Origin: Fidelibacterota bacterium
GTDB lineage: Bacteria; Fidelibacterota; UBA8477; JABMPR01
Reading direction: 5' to 3'
DNA length: 64,000 bases
Assembly (NCBI GenBank): GCA_018650445.1
Contig: JABIFX010000081.1
Location: 23,407 to 87,406, forward strand
How positions within the stretch are numbered: the stretch's first letter is position 1; each line of letters starts with the position of its first letter. A program made the position numbers and the translations under genes. Below the pieces are notes generated by a model. The model searched no databases. It saw only the letters and a program-made list of their open reading frames with translations, and was not told where the DNA came from. Of this stretch, positions 1 through 9,997 are shown in pieces.

Positions 1-313
1 GCATTAGATCAGATTGAAATGTGCTTGCGGCATATTCCCCTGGATAGGAAACCTTGATATTCCGACGACTCTGATGTCTGGTTTCCATTATTTCTATGGT
101 TTCATCCAGGTGCATGAGCGGATGCTCAAGGCTCTCAGGGTTGAGTATTTCCAGGACTGTCAGCGTTTCATATTGGTAAACATTCGAACTATAGGGTGAA
201 TAAATCTCAAGGAGCTCCCGTTCCTGTTCTAATGGGACCCCAATTTTACTTTTTTAAATTTTCACCCCATTATAAAGATGTAGAGATGAACCACCATATC
301 CACAGGGAATGAT

Positions 314-346
314 AAAAAGTAAGAGGCCAGCAAAGCTGGCCCCTCT
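314..346 (-). terminator. Rho-independent terminator downstream of the DUF5916-like gene
   Basis: GGCCAGC (325-331) and GCTGGCC (335-341) form a hairpin with an AAA loop, and flanking bases extend the stem. On the minus strand a T-run follows (A-run 314-318 on plus). It lies about 30 nt past the stop at 378. Confidence 0.6.
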
Positions 347-377
347 ATCGTATTCCTAAAGGTCTTTCAGAGCAGGG

Positions 378-3051
378 TTATTGCCCAAACCAATAAGACA
401 GTTTTAAAGCAAAAATATCATCTGCTTCAGACTTTAAAAGTGTATCGAAATCTTGTGTAAAATCAAAGACTCCTTGATTCTCAAAATTTGATCCGTTGTG
501 CGTCCAAACAAAAAACATGGTAGAACCTGGTGAAAACTCCCAGCGAAGCACCAGGGTTCCAACCAAAGATTTGTAATTAAAATCAGGATTATACAGTGTG
601 AAGGCATCGTCATCACTGCCCCCGGTTGGATCAATGACAAAGTTTTCATCAATGGTTGATCCCTCTTCACCATAGACCAGGAACTCATTGGATTCAGGAC
701 GCTTGTATTCCTTGAAACCTGAGTAGTCACCCACTGCAAAAAATGGCTGAAAATAGCCTTCCACCGTAAATTGTGGGGTGATCGGAAAATCAATACGGAT
801 ATCTGCTGAGGTGATCGTCTGGTCCAGCTGTGAGAAAACGTAACGTTTACCGAACATTTGCGTATTGGCTGGATCATCAATAGTTTTAATGTATTGAGCC
901 ATTGCTGTCTCCCAGGAAATAGCAGGTCCAAACGATAGGTTGAGTCTGTCTCCCAGCTTCATATTAACATGCATAGATAAACCAGTTTCATGACCACCAT
1001 CATCTTCAGATCCATAATTATATGACCAATCGAATGATAAATTTTTTCTGTAATCAGAACTAAGATTTGCGCTAAAAAAGGCTTCTCCTGGTACTAAAAC
1101 TCTTGGACCACCCCTTAAATTGGTATTGCTCAAATTCTCAAGGGCATATCCCCCATCTGCATGGATATTCCAAAAATTAACAAACCGAATTTGTCCCATA
1201 CCAAAGAACACGTCAGAGGTTTTAACCCAGTCAAAATCATGATTATTGGCATAAATTAAACTTGCATTGGCTGACCGGATATATTGTCCTCGTTCTAACC
1301 AGCGGTAGCCTAACATAATATGTTTGTTAATCACATCTGTTGAACCTGTCAGACCAAGATCATTGGATTCAAAACCAGGGGATATCCATCCGAGAGCTGC
1401 ATTAAATGTGACGGTCCCGCCCTCTTTGTTGAGTTTAATTCTTCCTGCGTGACCGGATAGTGATGTCGAGTTTGTGTCAAGCTTCACATGGGCAGCATCT
1501 GGTCGTTGAAAATAGTGACTGGAGTTCCTTTGAAGATCAAATATCCTTGATTCTGTGCCATTGACCTCTGAGAATCCTCCCCAACCTCCAAGGGCCCAAT
1601 TTTGATTTTTACCGAGAAAAGCCCAGCCATCAATACCAAGTCCAAGTCCTTTTTCAGACAGAAGTTCAGCTGACTTGTGCTGATCATCAAAATCACCAAG
1701 AAGTTCAACACCATTCATAATACGATGGGTGTAGGTACCCATAAATCCCAAACCATCGCCCATCATCAAATTCTTTTAAGGAGCGTAGGACATTGTATGA
1801 TGTGTATGGTTCAACCTGCTCATCTATGATTTTACTATTTTCATAATAATGAGCATACTCTCGATTTGTCAGCGCAGTTAATCCACCCACTGACCAATTG
1901 TCACCTACCTTGCCACTAATCTTTGCTGCTCCGAGAATCTTTGTATTGGATGGTTGATCCAATGAATCAGAATCAATTGAATATTTGTGTCCCTGAGGTG
2001 GTCGTCCTATTCGGCGACTATAAAAAAACCTGGGTTCACCAAAATTTATTCCAATGTTGTTGGTAGGACCCCCGTTACCGAAATTGAATATACTACGGCC
2101 CTCAAGGAAAAATGGTCGCTTTTCAGAATAGTATGTTTCATGATCGCTAAGGTTGATTGAAGAAGGATCAGCTTCAACTTGGCCAAAATCAGGATTGATA
2201 GTAGCATTTACAGTTAAATTAGCACCAATCCCCAGTTTCATATCAGCACCAATACCTAGATGCCGATCTTTCCCATCGATAAAGGTATTATCCTTGAGTG
2301 TGGGTAGATTGCTGGCACTGGAAGTCACATAGGGCAGAAATTCTCTGCGTTTGGGGGGGTGAATATTTCGAATTTGAGTCAGGTCAGCGGTACGGCTCAT
2401 CGCTCCGCTTTCATTTAACGGAAAATAAGTATAGTAGTCCCATTCACCTGCGCGCTGGATATATCGTGTGGGAAGGATGCCCCATACATACTCATCTTTT
2501 TCACTAAATCTTAATTGAGAAAGAGGTATTCGCATTTCTGCAGTCCAACCCTTATCGTCAATAGTGGTTTTGCCTTCCCATATTCCATCCCAGGAATCAT
2601 CGGTCCAACTATCGTTGAAATACACTTCATCTCTCATGGATCCAGCCGGATTAATCTGAAATGAAAACCCTGATCGTTTATCATGATATGAATCAATTAT
2701 GACTTCAAAAATATCTGAATTGAGATAGGCATCCCGGCGTCCAATTCTTCCAACAACAGAATCAGGGCGAGTATCCCACATACGGGCTCCCACATAGATG
2801 GCTACATCATCGTAAGCTATCCACAAATCAGTTTTCTGTGAAGCTTTGGCACCATTAAAAGGTTCGTATTGAATAAAGTTTGAATAGCTGGTACCAAGAT
2901 ACAGAGCCTCGTCCAAACGACCGTCTATAACAAGTGGCTCAGAAACTCTGACAGCTTTGACTTCACGCTCTCGATAATTGTTTGGATCATAAAGCTCGTC
3001 ATAGCCGAACAATCCTGCAAAAATGCTAAGAAATAATATAGTGTATTTCAT
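378..3051 (-). pseudogene. CBM9-like / DUF5916 family secreted protein, split by a 1-nt frameshift into ORFs 1705..3051 and 378..1769
   Basis: The N-terminal ORF has a signal peptide (MKYTILFLSIFAGLFG) and the CBM9-like block VIDGRLDEALY...YDDVAIYVGARMWD...GWTAEMRIPLSQLRF. The second ORF continues in another frame with a 65-nt overlap. Removing one A from the A4 run (T-run 1774-1777 on plus) gives a continuous reading ...VLRSLKNLMMGDGLGFMGTYTHR... The combined length of about 890 aa fits this family as I recall it. Confidence 0.7.
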
Positions 3052-3559
3052 AATAGGCCCCTATGTGTGTGTGTTCTGGTGTCATGTGGTTTAATGAGAT
3101 CAAAATTCCCTGGCTCTCACAGATATCATGCTTGCTGGATCATCATGATCCAAACACGTGTAAATGAATGCATAGTTAGTTCTGTCTATGAGCATTATGT
3201 GACGTATTATGTCAATCGATATGCCAGTTCTATTAAAGCATACATATATCTAATATTAACAGGTATATATACGTCTATGTAGAATCGTTTTTGAGCATTA
3301 AAAAGCATCAAATTGATTAGAATCTATATATATATGATATATCTTCCGGCAGGTCGGATGTTCCTAGAATCGAATATATTATTTTTTGGGGAGTGGTTAC
3401 GCTAGGCTTTTGGATTCACGCTAACGTGTCATGGTTATTTCGGTCAGGATCAGGCGTCGAGCAAGACCTGACAATGGTATAATTCCACGATCATCTCGTC
3501 CTTTAGCGAAATTGAATAGAAAATAAGCTCAGAATCAGTTATTCAGGTGTAAGATAACC

Positions 3560-4927
3560 TCAAGGAGTCTTCGAAAGAATACTCTGTGCATAGCTACGTC
3601 CATAGATGGAAAACTCTGTCAGGATATCATTGAGTTCCAGCTCCAGATTCTGAAGTGCCTCTGGATTGCCAGAATTATTAAGTACATCCAATAATTCATT
3701 TTTACCTGCAAAATCCCTCAATTGGTAATTGGGATCAGATACCAATTGTTCGGGGAAATTCTTAGCTATTATTTTGTCCAGCTTCCTGGCCCTGGAATAT
3801 GAATTTTTGGTAATAATTTCACGCGGTATCATATCCATATAATGAGGGATTACTCTTTTTGAAGACAAGGTTTGGAAATGTAAATAATCCGAATCATTCT
3901 CCATATAAGCCCGCTCAAGGAGCTGTCTTTCCAAAAGTTCAATTGCCATGTGTCTGTTTGAGACCAATTGAATCGCCTCATCTTTCATTCGACTTCGGCC
4001 CATCATGTCCATGACATTCATTAAAATCATTTTAAAGGTCCCAACACCAGGTAGTGCCTGGGCATGGTAGGGTTGTGTCAGATCAGCAAGATAGTGCAAT
4101 CCCCACCCCATAAAGCGCCAACCCCAGTAATCATGCCCCAGGCTGAAGGCTAACTCAGAGAGTGTCTTGTATAAATGGATTCTATATTCTGGGTAACATT
4201 TTTTAATAAAAGGTGCGACCATATAGATCAAGGCCGCTTCATGATAAAGTCCCATATGAATAGGAGCTTGAGAACCGTATTCAAGTTTTGCATCTCCAAA
4301 CGGCTGCGTTCCTAATCCGTAACTCTGGCCCCATTCCGTATTATTGTCTTCAAAAAGCCCGATGTCCAAACCCAGGTCAGGTTCATGGTTGGCAGAAACC
4401 AGTACGCTGAGGGGATCGATTTTTTCACCAGGTGTTAATTCAACAAACAAGACATTATAAAAACCACTATTCCCCTTTAGAGGAGTTACATCCTCAGGAG
4501 CCAGGGTGGGATGAGAACCAGCATCGCTACCGGGCAGCAGCTGTAGATATGAGATTAATTTCGCTTCAGGATTGATTCGAATGGCGTTAGTAAATCTTTG
4601 ACGGACAGTTTCCTGGTCATTATTTGCCTGAAAAGTAAGAGAATCAGGTAGAGCTGCGTAAAAATCTAAATTTTCTATCGCCCACGCCTCCTCAGCCCTA
4701 AGTGTCTCTTCAAGGTGCAGCTCAGCTAATATGAGAAATTCCTCCAGGCTCGTCACGACGACATCCTCCGCGGACGCTATTTCCTCCATGGAAGAGAATA
4801 CAGGCTGAGCGATAAGCGTGTGTATTTCCCAGCCATAGGCAGGCAAGGAAATCAGATTTAGAAGGCTTAGTAGAAATATGGGTTTCCAGAATATTGTTTT
4901 CATAAGGATCCTCAGTTTAGACGCCAA
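3560..4927 (-). CDS. Zinc-dependent phospholipase C / P1-nuclease superfamily-like secreted protein
   Basis: GLHYLADLTQPYHAQA resembles the PLC zinc motif (HYLGDVNQPMHA in Bacillus PLC). The signal peptide ends ...LPAYG/WEIH, so the mature protein would start with Trp followed by a nearby His, as in PLC and P1 nuclease. Confidence 0.55.
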   Translation of the reverse strand: MASKLRILMKTIFWKPIFLLSLLNLISLPAYGWEIHTLIAQPVFSSMEEIASAEDVVVTSLEEFLILAELHLEETLRAEEAWAIENLDFYAALPDSLTFQANNDQETVRQRFTNAIRINPEAKLISYLQLLPGSDAGSHPTLAPEDVTPLKGNSGFYNVLFVELTPGEKIDPLSVLVSANHEPDLGLDIGLFEDNNTEWGQSYGLGTQPFGDAKLEYGSQAPIHMGLYHEAALIYMVAPFIKKCYPEYRIHLYKTLSELAFSLGHDYWGWRFMGWGLHYLADLTQPYHAQALPGVGTFKMILMNVMDMMGRSRMKDEAIQLVSNRHMAIELLERQLLERAYMENDSDYLHFQTLSSKRVIPHYMDMIPREIITKNSYSRARKLDKIIAKNFPEQLVSDPNYQLRDFAGKNELLDVLNNSGNPEALQNLELELNDILTEFSIYGRSYAQSILSKTP

Positions 4928-5019
4928 TAGTCACTTAGAATTGATTAAACCAAAATAGTGGGAGTAATTGACATTAGTATTTATTTCTGTGAGTTGGAAT
5001 CGGAGATATACGCTTACAA

Positions 5020-5391
5020 TTAGTGGACCTGATCAATCATCTGTTCAACTAATTCGATAAGCGCATTAAAATCTACTATGGGCTTGGTGAAGTATTCATC
5101 AAAACCCTTTCCCATATACTTCTCTCTATCACCGACCATGGCGTGGGCCGTGAGAGCGATGACAGGTAAATGTTTTAATTTTTCATCAATACGCATCGAC
5201 TCGAGAACAGCAACCCCATCCATCCGCGGAAGCGAAATATCAAGCAACACGAGCTCAACATTTGCTTCAGGTAATCCAGCCAAGGCATCTATCCCATTTT
5301 CATAACTCACAATCTCATATAGCGAACCAAGTATAGCTTCTGCCAGCATGAGATTATCAGGATTGTCCTCTACGATAGCTATGCGTCTCAT
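5020..5391 (-). CDS. Single-domain response regulator (CheY-like receiver)
   Basis: IAIVEDNPDN acidic pocket, LVLLDISLPRMDG phospho-acceptor Asp, ALTAHA and FTKP Lys motifs. 123 aa with no output domain. Confidence 0.9.
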   Translation of the reverse strand: MRRIAIVEDNPDNLMLAEAILGSLYEIVSYENGIDALAGLPEANVELVLLDISLPRMDGVAVLESMRIDEKLKHLPVIALTAHAMVGDREKYMGKGFDEYFTKPIVDFNALIELVEQMIDQVH

Positions 5392-5762
5392 AAATCTTCT
5401 AAAGCTCCACTTAAATATTGCTGAAAGACCGCTTGAGCTGTTGACAGATCTGAAAGGAGATCAGGCATGCTGTCTAATTGCTCTTCAATAGCAGCGGCTT
5501 CAATTAACTTTGAGATACTAGAAACCTTCTTCCCACCCAGATTTCCAGCGCTTGATATAAGAGAATGGGCTGCATTTTTTATAGTCGAGAAATCGTGACC
5601 ATCTATTCCTTCAGAAATGCTGACCAGAAGTTGTTATCCTCTGGTCAAATACATACCTACAAGCTCGTTGGCCAGCTTCGATCCTCCCAGTTCCTGTAAG
5701 CGGCGGAGGAATAGCGGGTCAATATCACCTGAAACCGTTGAGTTATTCACTTGATCATTCAT
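5388..5762 (-). pseudogene. Hpt (histidine phosphotransfer) domain gene interrupted by an in-frame TAA
   Basis: My own translation of the minus strand gives MNDQVNNSTVSGDIDPLFLRRLQELGGSKLANELVGMYLTRG*QLLVSISEGIDGHDFSTIKNAAHSLISSAGNLGGKKV...LSGALEDL*. AAHSLISSAGNLGG is the Hpt HxxKG-type phospho-His motif. The TAA is codon 43 (plus 5634-5636). The stop TGA overlaps the receiver ATG (ATGA, 5388-5391). The gene is missing from the ORF track because of the internal stop. Confidence 0.7.
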
Positions 5763-5897
5763 AGCTACACTTTAAAATTATTTCTAGCATTAAGCAAATT
5801 AATATACAGCAAAATATTGCTCATACATAATAATAGCATTGATTCATAACCGGTTCCTGGAAGGGTGATGATTTATATCAACCCAACGTAATGACCG

Positions 5898-6422
5898 TTA
5901 GGGTAAATCGATATACTCTGCGAGAATGCTCTGCTTCTCAGAATTAGATGATTTTTCAAGGACGATGAGCTCGCGATTCCCACCCAGCAGATAATGTCCG
6001 GCCAAATATCCCACTGCCCCTCCAACACTGATGGTGGTGATAAAATTCAAGGGAGTGTCAAGCCAGGTGGCTAATCTCTCACTCCATGTCATCTCGTCAA
6101 TGGAGCCGCGACCCTTGAAAAAAAACTTAATTCCAATGAAACTCCCTAACACAACGAGGCAGGGTGAGTATCTATTCGCTCTGCTGAATTCGCGAATCCC
6201 GGTAATCTCTGCCAGGCTCAAACTCCTCCTGGTATGGACTCCTGGCAGAAAGGGCACGTATTCCACAGTAACATCAAATTCTGAGACACTAATTACTCTG
6301 CAATCTTGAATGGTTTTATTATCACCATAAAAAATGGTAAGTGATTGAGCATGAAGTTGCTGCCCCTTTGAAGCTAGAACTGACATAAATATTATGATGA
6401 TTAATTGAATCAGTTTAATCAT
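5898..6422 (-). CDS. Hypothetical exported/membrane protein
   Basis: Signal-like N-terminus MIKLIQLIIIIFMSVLASKG and a C-terminal hydrophobic segment (ISVGGAVGYLAGHYLLGG). No recognisable family. Confidence 0.5.
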   Translation of the reverse strand: MIKLIQLIIIIFMSVLASKGQQLHAQSLTIFYGDNKTIQDCRVISVSEFDVTVEYVPFLPGVHTRRSLSLAEITGIREFSRANRYSPCLVVLGSFIGIKFFFKGRGSIDEMTWSERLATWLDTPLNFITTISVGGAVGYLAGHYLLGGNRELIVLEKSSNSEKQSILAEYIDLP

Positions 6423-6438
6423 AGATGATATCCCCCTG

Positions 6439-7128
6439 TTACATTTTTATAAAATGTGAATAAACATAGGGTCTTAATGCGCCGGAGGGTGTGTGGGATG
6501 TAATGTTAGAAGTTTCAACCAATTCAAATTCGTGTCCCATGAATTTTTTTTGTTGTTCAGAAGAATACCGCCGAACATCGAGACCACTACATTTGCTAGC
6601 ACCATCGGGAGCAAACGTTGCTAATATGACATGCCCCTCCCTCTTGACTTTTTTTTGCATCAAAATGTGGTATGCGTTACGTTGATCGTCAGTTGTGAGG
6701 AAATGAAAAAGTGCTCGATCATGCCATATTGAAACTTCAGGAAGCATATCCATCTCGGCGGTCTGGGTAACATCAGCCTCAATCCATTTAACCATACCAG
6801 CTTGATCTTTGTGCAGTAAACTCTTGGCCTTCATCAATGCAAGGGGGCTAATATCGAGTGCAAATAGGTTTGTATAGCCAAGTGCTATCAGTTCTGAAAT
6901 GAGATTGGTTGTGCCACTGCCAACATCCAGGATTGACTCAGTTTGTGAAATCTGACACCTTGCTATTAGCTCAAGCGAAGCTTGGGGTATTGCTTCGTAC
7001 CATCCAAGTTTGGTGGTATCGCTTTTTGAATAGGCATGGTTCCAATGTTCTTTTGTTTCTAGATGCACCTTGTTTGGTAGCTCCTCTACTACTGAAATCG
7101 AATTTAGAAGTTCCCCTATTGGAGGCAA
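6439..7128 (-). CDS. Class I SAM-dependent methyltransferase
   Basis: SAM motif I ILDVGSGTTNL followed by LFALDISPLAL. The length and layout are typical of small Rossmann-fold methyltransferases. Confidence 0.75.
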   Translation of the reverse strand: MPPIGELLNSISVVEELPNKVHLETKEHWNHAYSKSDTTKLGWYEAIPQASLELIARCQISQTESILDVGSGTTNLISELIALGYTNLFALDISPLALMKAKSLLHKDQAGMVKWIEADVTQTAEMDMLPEVSIWHDRALFHFLTTDDQRNAYHILMQKKVKREGHVILATFAPDGASKCSGLDVRRYSSEQQKKFMGHEFELVETSNITSHTPSGALRPYVYSHFIKM

Positions 7129-7217
7129 GCCTACATAATTGTCACATATGGAGATAAGCCAATACGTTCAAAAAGAAATTCTGGGTGCTTTCCTCCGTGT
7201 GAAAATCCTACATACAC

Positions 7218-9167
7218 TCAATACCTCTTTTTCCCGATGGGATCTTCAAACCCCAGCCAAATATTGAAGTACTTGGACTGCTCCGGGGTCATCTCCTTCA
7301 TAATCTTTAGCTGATAGGGAATCTCATCCTCCTTGTATGTGATCTTATCTGAAAGGGTAATAGTCGAGGCATCCCTCTCGACCTCAAAGGAGACTAGCAT
7401 CCCCTCAGGAAGTGGATATCCAAAATCATCAAAATAGGTATCGAGGTAGATGGATGGATCAACCTTATCGCCGGCCTGAAGCCCAATTTCGTTTTCCTTA
7501 CCTATTTTTTTGATATTGAGATTACCACCCAAAGAAATGCTTGAATACTTACCGCCATTATCCTTTATGGGATGACGAGGAACCGTCGTGGTAACGTCTG
7601 CTTCATAGAGGACACCGACATAATCAAGAATTTCAGCATAGGGCAAGGGTTCACGACCCTCTACATATTTACTAAAAAAGTCTCTAAGGTCAGGATGTAC
7701 TTTCTTAGTAAAAAGGTCAAACACCATCTCTTCATCCATGGGTTTTCCGGGACCATACTCTTCAATGAGCTCGTACATCACATCAATGAGTCTTTTCCTC
7801 CCTTCGGTAAGCCGAATAATCTCAATGTCCAACAGCATTCCCATAACTGCACCGCGCTGATAAACTTGAGTGTAATTTTTCTTATACGGTTTATCCAATA
7901 CGTTTGCAGACATCTCCGTAAAGCTCATTTCTTCGAAGGGGAATTTTTCACCACTACGTATTTTTCGTTTCAATTTATTGCAGACAAAATCCTTTGGTGT
8001 GAGCATCCCTCCATTGGCCTGGATAATCAGAGACATATACTCGGTCACACCCTCATATAGCCATAAATGTTTTGACATGATGGGCTGGTTGTAATCCCAA
8101 TTATGGATATGTTGACTACGGAGATTCAGAGGGGTGAGAATGTGCATGAACTCGTGGATCGCAATATCTTCAATTGTCTCAGATATACGTTCAGTATAGC
8201 CTGGTCCCGGGTCAGGGAGGTAATAAAATGATGATTTGTTGTGCTCCAGGGCACCGCCTATAGGGAGGCCATTGCGAATCACATATATGAGACCTTTAAG
8301 AATTAAAAATCTCTGATTATCCAGGATTTTGCCCAAGCCATATTCATTTGCGTAATAAATAAGATAGGCGTAATCCTCAGCTGGAAGGGTGTCAATATAT
8401 GATCCAATGGCTGCCATGGATGCATCAAGAGATTTTGTAATATCTGCTGCTCGTTCTGTATCATCAGTTTCATGAGCAAAACCAACCATGACGTCCGTGC
8501 TATGGATATTAAAGCTTGAAGTATCAGGTCTCCCAAAGAGAATGGGACTATCAATGAGTTCATGATAGTCCAGGGCTGATATTGATACCTCTCCAGCTGA
8601 CTTAGAATCCTGTTCAAGGACGGTCATGGCATAAAGATGTTCTGGATAAACGTATAGCATATCTACAGCTTGCTCTTCCTGACCAGTAAAATATCCAAAT
8701 ACGCCCCCGGCATTGATGGCAAACACCCGGTCTTCAATAATACCTGTACCGGCCATGGGCCAAATGGTCCAGGGGTTCTTGCTATCCCAGGAGGCACTTA
8801 CCCAATATTTGATGGATTTGATATTACCAGCCGAGGTGATTACAAACGTATTTTTGCCGTGCTTTTTAACCTTGAGTGCTTCACCATCTTGATCGTACGC
8901 AGCCAATTTATGAATATATTTGCCATAATTGGCTTCAGCATAGGTCCCAGGAATCATCCAGGGGAAGTGATATATCAGCGTATCCTGACCAAAATCTTCA
9001 CAAAACAATTCGACCTGGAAGCGACTCTTCTCAATGGCGTTTAAATCAATGCGATAGTCATACCTTGGACCACCTTCAGAGGCAGATGTAGCCGAGAATA
9101 TCAGAGTGAAGATAATCGTAGATAAAAAACTTGTACGGAGAGTTGTAGTTTTCGCTATCGCATTCAT
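7218..9167 (-). CDS. M61-like gluzincin metallopeptidase with C-terminal PDZ-like region
   Basis: HEFMH (HExxH) followed by WLYEGVTEYM, which supplies the third ligand Glu. Signal peptide present, and a C-terminal GLQAGDKV PDZ-like segment. Confidence 0.65.
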   Translation of the reverse strand: MNAIAKTTTLRTSFLSTIIFTLIFSATSASEGGPRYDYRIDLNAIEKSRFQVELFCEDFGQDTLIYHFPWMIPGTYAEANYGKYIHKLAAYDQDGEALKVKKHGKNTFVITSAGNIKSIKYWVSASWDSKNPWTIWPMAGTGIIEDRVFAINAGGVFGYFTGQEEQAVDMLYVYPEHLYAMTVLEQDSKSAGEVSISALDYHELIDSPILFGRPDTSSFNIHSTDVMVGFAHETDDTERAADITKSLDASMAAIGSYIDTLPAEDYAYLIYYANEYGLGKILDNQRFLILKGLIYVIRNGLPIGGALEHNKSSFYYLPDPGPGYTERISETIEDIAIHEFMHILTPLNLRSQHIHNWDYNQPIMSKHLWLYEGVTEYMSLIIQANGGMLTPKDFVCNKLKRKIRSGEKFPFEEMSFTEMSANVLDKPYKKNYTQVYQRGAVMGMLLDIEIIRLTEGRKRLIDVMYELIEEYGPGKPMDEEMVFDLFTKKVHPDLRDFFSKYVEGREPLPYAEILDYVGVLYEADVTTTVPRHPIKDNGGKYSSISLGGNLNIKKIGKENEIGLQAGDKVDPSIYLDTYFDDFGYPLPEGMLVSFEVERDASTITLSDKITYKEDEIPYQLKIMKEMTPEQSKYFNIWLGFEDPIGKKRY

Positions 9168-9433
9168 AATTTATAACCTTTCTTAGAAGACCGAAACACA
9201 TCGTAGAATCCAGGATATTATTTAGGGTTGCTCAATTTCAAAGCAAAGCATCTTTTATATCACAATGGCTTAAAATAAACAGCAATCAGGGTAACCGAAC
9301 GAAATTTTTTGTCTCCATTAATCAGTATATTTCCCCATCAATCATTTACAGCTCAGCACGATTACCTATTTTTATCATGTATTGTATAGCTTATTATGGA
9401 AGTGCAACATGAAAAAAATAGGAATACTATGCA

Positions 9434-9997
9434 ATGACTGAAGTAACAGATATCGAGAGTCCTGTCGAAATAGATCCAGGTAACCAGCAGGACATCATTC
9501 ACACTCTGCGAACCGCGCAACAACATCAGGTTACTTTGAGTATGATCGCTGATCAAAAGGCCAATATCATCATCGGGTTTGCCTTGATATTCTTTTCAGT
9601 TATTCAATCACAGATATTCTCGGCAGAATTCATGGATGATATGTACTTTTTCCCAATCACTGCCCTCGCCCTGACTGTGTTTGTATCATTTTTCCTGGCA
9701 ATCATGGTAGTTTTACCACGTTTCAAGCGTGGTCATATCTATACCCAACCCTCCCAAATGCCCAATCCATTATTTTTTGGATTTTTTGCCTCCTTCACCC
9801 AGGCTGAGTATACGGACTATATGATGGATACTGTTAACAATAACGAGGCTGCACGTCGTTTGATGGTGCAGGATTTGTATCAAATTGGAGTGGTCCTCCA
9901 AAAGAAGTATGAACTTCTCAGATTCAGTTACTTGTCACTGGCCATCGGGGCACTTCTTTCAACTATCGTGTTGGTCATCAAACTGTTTTTTGTTTGA
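9434..9997 (+). CDS. DUF5706 / Pycsar-effector-family (PycTM-like) membrane protein, standalone
   Basis: TLSMIADQKANIIIGF, then two TM helices, then NPLFFGFF...MVQDLYQIGVVLQKKYELLRFSY and a final TM. This matches my recollection of the DUF5706 signature (ITLSDIADTKANILL ... NLLFFGNF ... DLYYLGLVLNRKYKLLR). Confidence 0.6.
   Translation: MTEVTDIESPVEIDPGNQQDIIHTLRTAQQHQVTLSMIADQKANIIIGFALIFFSVIQSQIFSAEFMDDMYFFPITALALTVFVSFFLAIMVVLPRFKRGHIYTQPSQMPNPLFFGFFASFTQAEYTDYMMDTVNNNEAARRLMVQDLYQIGVVLQKKYELLRFSYLSLAIGALLSTIVLVIKLFFV

Noticed and set aside
1-232. An open minus-strand frame (…ELLEIYSPYSSNVYQYETLTVLEILNPESLEHPLMHLDETIEIMETRHQSRRNIKVSYPGEYAASTFQSDL…) runs off the left edge. A competing plus-strand ORF lies at 14..199.
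   Set aside because: The minus frame looks more protein-like and follows a terminator and an AT-rich promoter-like region. However, it has no start codon before the ATG at 115 and no recognisable family. That is too little to call a feature.
434-931. Nested or antisense ORFs inside long genes: this one, and for example 7572..8060, 8670..9044, 13854..14201, 17087..17422, 38077..38406, 44502..44876, 57705..58109 and 58314..58739.
   Set aside because: These are shadow frames of well-supported genes on the opposite strand or in another frame. They have no motifs and a biased composition.
3325-3335. A (TA)n run and AT-rich 500-nt intergenic region (3052-3559), including track ORF 3067..3282.
   Set aside because: The dinucleotide run is short and there is only one copy. 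The ORF is Cys/Tyr/Ile-rich with no support. This is most simply an AT-rich promoter region for the DUF5916-like gene.
9434-9997. A complete Pycsar anti-phage system.
   Set aside because: No nucleotide cyclase gene is adjacent and the protein has no cNMP-binding domain. Only the effector-family membrane module is present.
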